A stretch of 64,000 bases of DNA from an uncultured Chloroflexia bacterium (GTDB taxonomy: Bacteria; Chloroflexota; Limnocylindria; Limnocylindrales; CSP1-4). The notes beneath the pieces were generated by a model, which made no database searches, had not been told where the DNA came from, and worked only from the letters and a program-made list of their open reading frames with translations. Where the stretch lies: NCBI GenBank assembly GCA_963752475.1, contig CAVVYR010000001.1:96001-160000 (forward strand). Reading direction: 5' to 3'. Made by a program: the position numbers and the translations under genes. Shown one piece after another: positions 58,962 to 64,000 of the stretch (within the stretch, counting starts at the first letter, position 1; each line of letters opens with the position of its first letter).

Positions 58962-59675
58962 ATGCCTGACCGCGAGCCGGTCCCGGTCCCTGACGATCCG
59001 CTCGAATGGGCGCCCATGCGCGCCTACGACGGACGCCGCAGGTTCGACATCAGGGATCCGCTGGTCGAACCGTTGTGGAGCGGTACGAGAGCCCTGGCCC
59101 ACGTCTCCATCGACCCCGACGTCGAGCCGCCGGCCACCGTCCGGCTCATCGAGGAACTGGGTGCCGACGTGGGCCCGGAGCTGCCGGAGCTGACGCACGC
59201 CCTTGGCCAGGGCGTCCTCGCGCTCGACGCCATCGTCGACGGCATCATCACGCGCCAGCTCACGCTCGATGGCGTCGGTGCCGCGGCCATCCCCGAGATC
59301 CACAGTCGGCCTACCGAGATGTTCGTCCGCAGCAGCCTCGACTTCGACGTGCAGGCCCGCGGGGTCATCGAGGACCGAGCCGCTGACGCCGATCCGGTCG
59401 ATGGCTTCGTGGCCGTCGACCTGCTGCGGCTCGACGGCGCATCGTTGCTCGACGTGCCGCTGCTGGAGCGCAAGCGCTTGCTCGAAAGCGTCATCGCGGC
59501 CGCTCCGCTCTTGCGCGTGTCGAGCCACGTCCGACCACCTGCCGATCCGTGGATCGCGACATGGAAGTCGATGGGCCTCGCCGGCGGCATCATGAAGGCT
59601 GCCAACAGCCGCTACCGCCCCTCGGATGACACCATCGAGTGGCGCGTGCTGAAGCGCCTCAACCGGCGTCGCTAG
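58962..59675 (+). CDS. ATP-dependent DNA ligase adenylation-domain-like protein lacking the catalytic Lys
   Basis: APM...EPLWSGTR (motif I position), IVDGII, VDLLRLDGASLLDVPLLERKRLL, GGIMKAANSRYRP...W; no OB domain. Confidence 0.72.
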   Translation: MPDREPVPVPDDPLEWAPMRAYDGRRRFDIRDPLVEPLWSGTRALAHVSIDPDVEPPATVRLIEELGADVGPELPELTHALGQGVLALDAIVDGIITRQLTLDGVGAAAIPEIHSRPTEMFVRSSLDFDVQARGVIEDRAADADPVDGFVAVDLLRLDGASLLDVPLLERKRLLESVIAAAPLLRVSSHVRPPADPWIATWKSMGLAGGIMKAANSRYRPSDDTIEWRVLKRLNRRR

Positions 59676-59745
59676 GGCCCTCGCCGACACCAGAACGGAA
59701 CGCGCCCGAGCCTCGCATGCGGCCGGAGTGGGATAGGCTCAGACG

Positions 59746-61137
59746 ATGCCAGAACGAGCCCTCCCCGAGGCCCTTGCCGAAGAGGTCAAGCGGCTAGGTC
59801 CCGCCGACATCATGGTCGGTATCCCCAGCTTCAAGAACGCCGCCACCATCGGTCACGTCACGCGGGCGGCACAGGCGGGGCTCGTGCAGTACTTCCCCGA
59901 TTCCAAGCCCGTCCTGGTCAACGCTGACGCCGGCTCCCCGGACGGTACCGGCCGCGTGGTCATCGAGACCCAACCGCCCGACTACGTAGAGCGCATCCTG
60001 CTCGTCCGGCCGCGCAACAGGCTGCAGCGGATGAGCCTGACGTACCCGGAGGTCGATGGCGTCGGTGGCAAGGGTGCGGCTCTGCGCACCATCTTCCAGA
60101 TCGCGGACGAGCTTGGCGTCGAGGCTCTGGTCGTGGTCGACTCCGACCTGCGCTCGATCGTGCCCGAGTGGATCGAGCTGCTGGCAGGCCCCATCCTCAA
60201 GGGTGGCTTCGACTACGTGACCCCGCTCTACCAGCGCTACAAGTACGACGGCACCATCACCAACACCGTCACCTACCCGCTCAACCGCGCGCTCTACGGC
60301 CTGCGCATCCGCCAGCCCATCGGCGGCGACTTCGGTGTCAGCGGCGACCTCGTCAGGCACTACCTCGAGCAGGACGACTGGACGCCGGACATCAGCAAGT
60401 TCGGTATCGACATCTGGATGACGGTCAAGGCCATCACCGGCGGATTCGCCGTGAGCCAGACTCGCCTCGGCGCCAAGATCCACGACCCCAAGGACCCTGG
60501 CGCGGACCTGGGCCCGATGTTCAGTCAGGTGGTCTCGACCATCCTGCGACTGACCGTCGAGCACGACGACCACTGGCTGGGCGTCCAGGGCTCGCACGCG
60601 GTCCCCACCTACGGGTTCGAGCGCTACGCGGACCCGCCGCCCCTCGAGGTCGATGTGGTCCGGCTCCTCGCAGCCTTCACCCGCGGTCGCGTCGCGGTCG
60701 GCGAGGCCTGGGAGCTGCTCGTCGCTCCGGAGCGCATGGCCGCCCTTGACGCCCTGGCCACGGAGGCTGCCGCAGCCCTCGACGAGATCACCCGCTCGGA
60801 CACGCCTTCGACCGCCGACGACGCCGAGTTCTTCTTCAGTGACGAGCTCTGGGCGCGCCTCATGTACGACCTCGCGCTCACGGCCCGCGGCGACACCATG
60901 GACATGGACAAGCTCATCGCGGCGCTCGTGCCCATCTACTTCGCACGCGTGGCCAGCCTCGTCCTCGAGGCCCGCGACATGACCACCACGCAGGCCGAAA
61001 CGCTGGTCGAACGCCAGGCGCGGGCGTATGAGGCTGCCAAGTCCGACTTCGCCGCCCGTTGGCGTGAAGGCGAGGGCCTCAAGGCGCGCAAGCCCAAGCG
61101 GAAGACGAAGCGCAGCAGCAAGGCGAAGAAGGCATGA
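59746..61137 (+). CDS. Glucosylglycerate/mannosylglycerate synthase-like glycosyltransferase (Ggs/Mgs)
   Basis: DIMVGIPSFKNAATIGHV, GKGAALR, DSDLRSI.PEW, P.Y.RYKYDGTITN, IRQPIGGDF, FGIDIWMT, KIHDPKDP; context next to gpgS and glycerate kinase. Confidence 0.78.
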   Translation: MPERALPEALAEEVKRLGPADIMVGIPSFKNAATIGHVTRAAQAGLVQYFPDSKPVLVNADAGSPDGTGRVVIETQPPDYVERILLVRPRNRLQRMSLTYPEVDGVGGKGAALRTIFQIADELGVEALVVVDSDLRSIVPEWIELLAGPILKGGFDYVTPLYQRYKYDGTITNTVTYPLNRALYGLRIRQPIGGDFGVSGDLVRHYLEQDDWTPDISKFGIDIWMTVKAITGGFAVSQTRLGAKIHDPKDPGADLGPMFSQVVSTILRLTVEHDDHWLGVQGSHAVPTYGFERYADPPPLEVDVVRLLAAFTRGRVAVGEAWELLVAPERMAALDALATEAAAALDEITRSDTPSTADDAEFFFSDELWARLMYDLALTARGDTMDMDKLIAALVPIYFARVASLVLEARDMTTTQAETLVERQARAYEAAKSDFAARWREGEGLKARKPKRKTKRSSKAKKA

Positions 61138-63062
61138 CCGGCGGCAACCTCCCCAAGTCCATCGTCATCCCCCTCGCCAACCCGCGCACGGCCGCGGACC
61201 TCGTCCGCATCGGCGCCTCGCTACTGCAGGACGGCGGTGCCATCACCGCGCTCTCGATCGTGGAGGTGCCGGAGGGTGTGCAGCTCTCCGAGGGCGCGAC
61301 CCGCGCCCGCCAGGCCCGGCGGCTGCTCCAGCGCGTGCTCGAGTTCGTGCCCGAAGGCGTGGAGCTGCGCACGGTCGTGCGCATCGGCCGTCGCGCCGAC
61401 GAGGGCATCGTCGAGCTGGCCGCCGAGGAAGAGGCCGACCTCATCCTCTTCGGCTGGGGCGGCCCCGATCGTGCTCGCCGCAGCGTGGCCGAGCGGGACG
61501 ACTTCCAGCCCGTCTTCAGTCCCACCATCGACGAGGTCATCCGCGAGCGGCCCTGCGACATCGCGGTGGTCAAGCAGCGCGGCATCGGCGAGGTCAGCCG
61601 CATCCTGGCGCCGGTCCGCGGCGGTCCCCACGCCGAGCTGGCGCTGCGCTACGCCAACGCTCTGCAGGAGTCCTTCGGGGCCGAGCTCGACGTGCTCCAC
61701 GTCGTGACTCCCGGCGTCGATCCGTCGATCAAGTCCAGGGCCGAACGCAACCTGGGGCTCTTCGTCGAGCGTCACACCGGCGATGCCTCAGCGGCCAAGG
61801 TCATCGAGGGCGAGGACGTCACCGAGGCCATCCTCGACGAGGCCGACGATGCCCAGATCGTGATCATGGGTGCCACCGCCACGGCCATGGACAGCCCCGG
61901 CGCACCGCTCTTCGGGCAGCTCGTGGAACACGTGGCCCAGGAGGCCGCCCCCACGGTCATCGTGGTCAAGACGCGCGACGTGCCCACGCGGGCCACGTTC
62001 GTGGAACGAGCCAAGCAGGACGACTCCCTCGAGGCCGCCGAGCAGGCCGCCTCGGCCCTGCGCAGCCTGCCGGCCAAGGTCGACCGCTGGTTCGGCGAGT
62101 CCTCCTTCGACTTCCAGGAGTTCAGCGACCTCAAGCGGCTCGTCGAGCTCAAGGAGAAGCGCGGCCTGACCATCTCGGCCGTGCTGCCCACGCTCAACGA
62201 GGCAGCCACCATCGGACCCATCGTGCGCAGCGCCCGGCGGGAGCTGATGAAGGTCGTGCCGCTCATCGACGAGCTGCTGGTCATCGACTCCGACTCGGAT
62301 GACGAGACCCGCAAGATCGCCGAGGACGAGGGCGCACGCGTCGTCATCCACCAGCAGGTGCTGCCCAAGTACGGCGCCTATCGGGGCAAGGGCGAGGCAC
62401 TCTGGAAGAGCCTCTACGAGACCTCGGGCGACCTCGTGGCGTGGTGCGACACCGACGTGCGCGAGTGGGACCCGCGGTTCCTCTACGGCACGCTCGGTCC
62501 CTTGTTGACCGAGCCACGCTTCGGCTACGTCAAGGCCTACTACCAGCGACCCATCGTTCAGGGTGGGGTGCTCACCGCCGGCGGCGGCGGCCGCGTGACC
62601 GAGCTCGTCGCGCGCCCGCTCCTCAACCTCTTCTTCCCCGAGCTGTCGGGCTACATCCAGCCGCTCTCGGGGGAGTACGCCGGCCGGCGTGAGATCCTCG
62701 AGGACATCCCCTTCTTCACCAGCTACGCCATCGAGATCGGTCACCTCATCGACCTCGCCGAGAAGATCGGCATCGACGGCCTGGGTCAGGTCGACCTCGA
62801 GATCCGGCACCACCGCAACCAGGACCTCGAAGGGCTCTCGAAGATGGCCTTCAGCATCATGCAGGCGGTCATGAAGCGGCTCGACGAGCGGGGCACCCGG
62901 CCGCGCCTGGCCGAGATGGGCACCTCCATGAAGCTGCCGCGCTCGGCGGCCCACAAGCTCTCGCTCGACGTCATCGACCTGGCCGACATCGAGCGCCCGC
63001 CGATGAACCGCATCCCCGAGTACCGGCGCAAGCGCGGCCTGCCCGAGAACCCCACCGAGTAG
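61134..63062 (+). CDS. gpgS: Tandem universal-stress-protein domains fused to glucosyl-3-phosphoglycerate synthase
   Basis: USP-like halves (IVIPLANPRTA...DLILFGW...PCDIAVVK; ILAPVRGGPHA...IVIMGA), then GT81 ISAVLPTLNEAATIG, GKGEALWKSL, DTD, GGGRVTELVARP, QPLSGEYAGRR, HRNQ. Confidence 0.9.
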   Translation: MTGGNLPKSIVIPLANPRTAADLVRIGASLLQDGGAITALSIVEVPEGVQLSEGATRARQARRLLQRVLEFVPEGVELRTVVRIGRRADEGIVELAAEEEADLILFGWGGPDRARRSVAERDDFQPVFSPTIDEVIRERPCDIAVVKQRGIGEVSRILAPVRGGPHAELALRYANALQESFGAELDVLHVVTPGVDPSIKSRAERNLGLFVERHTGDASAAKVIEGEDVTEAILDEADDAQIVIMGATATAMDSPGAPLFGQLVEHVAQEAAPTVIVVKTRDVPTRATFVERAKQDDSLEAAEQAASALRSLPAKVDRWFGESSFDFQEFSDLKRLVELKEKRGLTISAVLPTLNEAATIGPIVRSARRELMKVVPLIDELLVIDSDSDDETRKIAEDEGARVVIHQQVLPKYGAYRGKGEALWKSLYETSGDLVAWCDTDVREWDPRFLYGTLGPLLTEPRFGYVKAYYQRPIVQGGVLTAGGGGRVTELVARPLLNLFFPELSGYIQPLSGEYAGRREILEDIPFFTSYAIEIGHLIDLAEKIGIDGLGQVDLEIRHHRNQDLEGLSKMAFSIMQAVMKRLDERGTRPRLAEMGTSMKLPRSAAHKLSLDVIDLADIERPPMNRIPEYRRKRGLPENPTE

Positions 63063-63073
63063 CCGGAGCCACC

Positions 63074-64000
63074 ATGTCCGAGCGCCCGTTGCGCGTCGTC
63101 GTCGCGCCCGACTCGTTCAAGGGCACGTTCAGCTCCGTGGTCGTGGCCAGTGCCCTGGCCGAAGGCTGGTCGGCACTTCGGCCGGCGGACGAGGTCCAGC
63201 TGACGCCCATGGCCGACGGCGGCGAGGGCACGCTCGATGCGGTCGAGGCCAGCGGCGGCTGGGACCGGCACGCGGTCGCAGCCAAGGACCCGCTGATGCG
63301 GACGCTGGCGGCATCCTTCCTGCGCTCGGGCGACCGGGCCGTGGTGGAGATGGCCTCGGCCTCCGGGCTGTCGCGGGTGGAGGCCGCTGAACGCGACCCG
63401 ATGGCCGCCTCGACCTTCGGTACCGGCCAGATCCTGGCAACGGCCATCGGGCTCGGCTGCCGCGAGATCGTCATCGGCTTCGGCGGCAGCGCCACTACCG
63501 ACGGTGGCGCCGGGCTGCTCGAAGCGCTCGGGGCCCGCATCCGCGACGCCTCCGGTGCCGACGTGCCCCCAGGCGGCGGATCCCTCGGCGAAGTCGCCTC
63601 GATCGACCTGACAGGGCTCTCCGAGGCACTCGCGGAGGTGCACGTCGTCGTGGCCTCGGACGTGACCAACCCGTTGCTCGGTGAGCGCGGGGCAGCCGGC
63701 GTCTACGGACCGCAGAAGGGGGCCACGCCCGACCAGGTGGCCGAGCTCGACCGCAACCTCAGGCGCTACGCGGACGTGATGGAAGGGACCATCGGGCGGC
63801 CGCTGCGCTACGAGCCCGGAACCGGTGCTGCCGGCGGCGCCATCTTCGGCTTGCTCGCCATCGCCGATCGGTTCGCCTCGGTCGAGGTCCGACCGGGCGT
63901 GGATGTGGCCATGGAGCTGACCGGCTTCGACGAGGCCGTGACCGAAGCCGACCTCGTGCTCACGGGCGAAGGCAAGGTGGATGGCCAGACGTCCTTCGGC
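63074..64000 (+). CDS. glxK: Glycerate kinase (GlxK/GarK family), 3' end truncated by the window
   Basis: Not in the ORF track because it runs off the edge. Read manually: MSERPLRVVVAPDSFKGT...PMADGGEGT...EMASASGL...GGSATTDGGAG...DVTNPLLGERGAAGVYGPQKGA...GAAGG...LTGEGKVDGQT. Confidence 0.95.
   Translation, partial: MSERPLRVVVAPDSFKGTFSSVVVASALAEGWSALRPADEVQLTPMADGGEGTLDAVEASGGWDRHAVAAKDPLMRTLAASFLRSGDRAVVEMASASGLSRVEAAERDPMAASTFGTGQILATAIGLGCREIVIGFGGSATTDGGAGLLEALGARIRDASGADVPPGGGSLGEVASIDLTGLSEALAEVHVVVASDVTNPLLGERGAAGVYGPQKGATPDQVAELDRNLRRYADVMEGTIGRPLRYEPGTGAAGGAIFGLLAIADRFASVEVRPGVDVAMELTGFDEAVTEADLVLTGEGKVDGQTSFG

Overview
This is a high-GC (about 70% by eye), densely coding bacterial chromosome segment. 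I found no rRNA, tRNA, CRISPR array, transposase, integrase or phage genes. Gene content (GuaB3-type IMPDH, Ycf45-like R3H/AAA protein, PdxST, many leaderless-type starts) suggests a Chloroflexota- or Actinomycetota-like organism; this is inference. Left to right: (1) sugar ABC solute-binding protein and LacI regulator, divergent from a URO-D/MtaA-fold enzyme, with a LacI operator between them; (2) a PPIase-cysC-mazG-rph-rdgB-pfkB run; (3) an envelope-glycan locus (~9-24.7 kb) with rmlB, three sulfotransferases, Wzm/Wzt, WecB, a UDP-HexNAc dehydrogenase, DUF354 and glycosyltransferases, which with cysC points to a sulfated surface polysaccharide; (4) radC-mreB-mreC followed by a secreted FlgD-Ig protein instead of mreD/PBP2; (5) guaA and guaB3 flanking a ~10 kb accessory block with a five-gene ynb-like lipid operon carrying altered catalytic motifs, a DmpA peptidase, a BNR propeller protein and ACC deaminase; (6) a pdxS-pdxT-GNAT-R3H/AAA-tmk operon flanked by a GDDEF-variant cyclase and a degenerate EAL protein, the latter followed by a ~420-bp non-coding region built from tandem stem-loops; (7) HNH-cca, TPR-galE-pseudo-ligase, and a glucosylglycerate cluster (Ggs-like, USP-USP-GpgS fusion, glycerate kinase). 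The best candidates for undescribed systems are the altered ynb-like lipid operon, the degenerate EAL gene plus hairpin-array RNA, the sulfated-glycan locus and the USP-fused GpgS.
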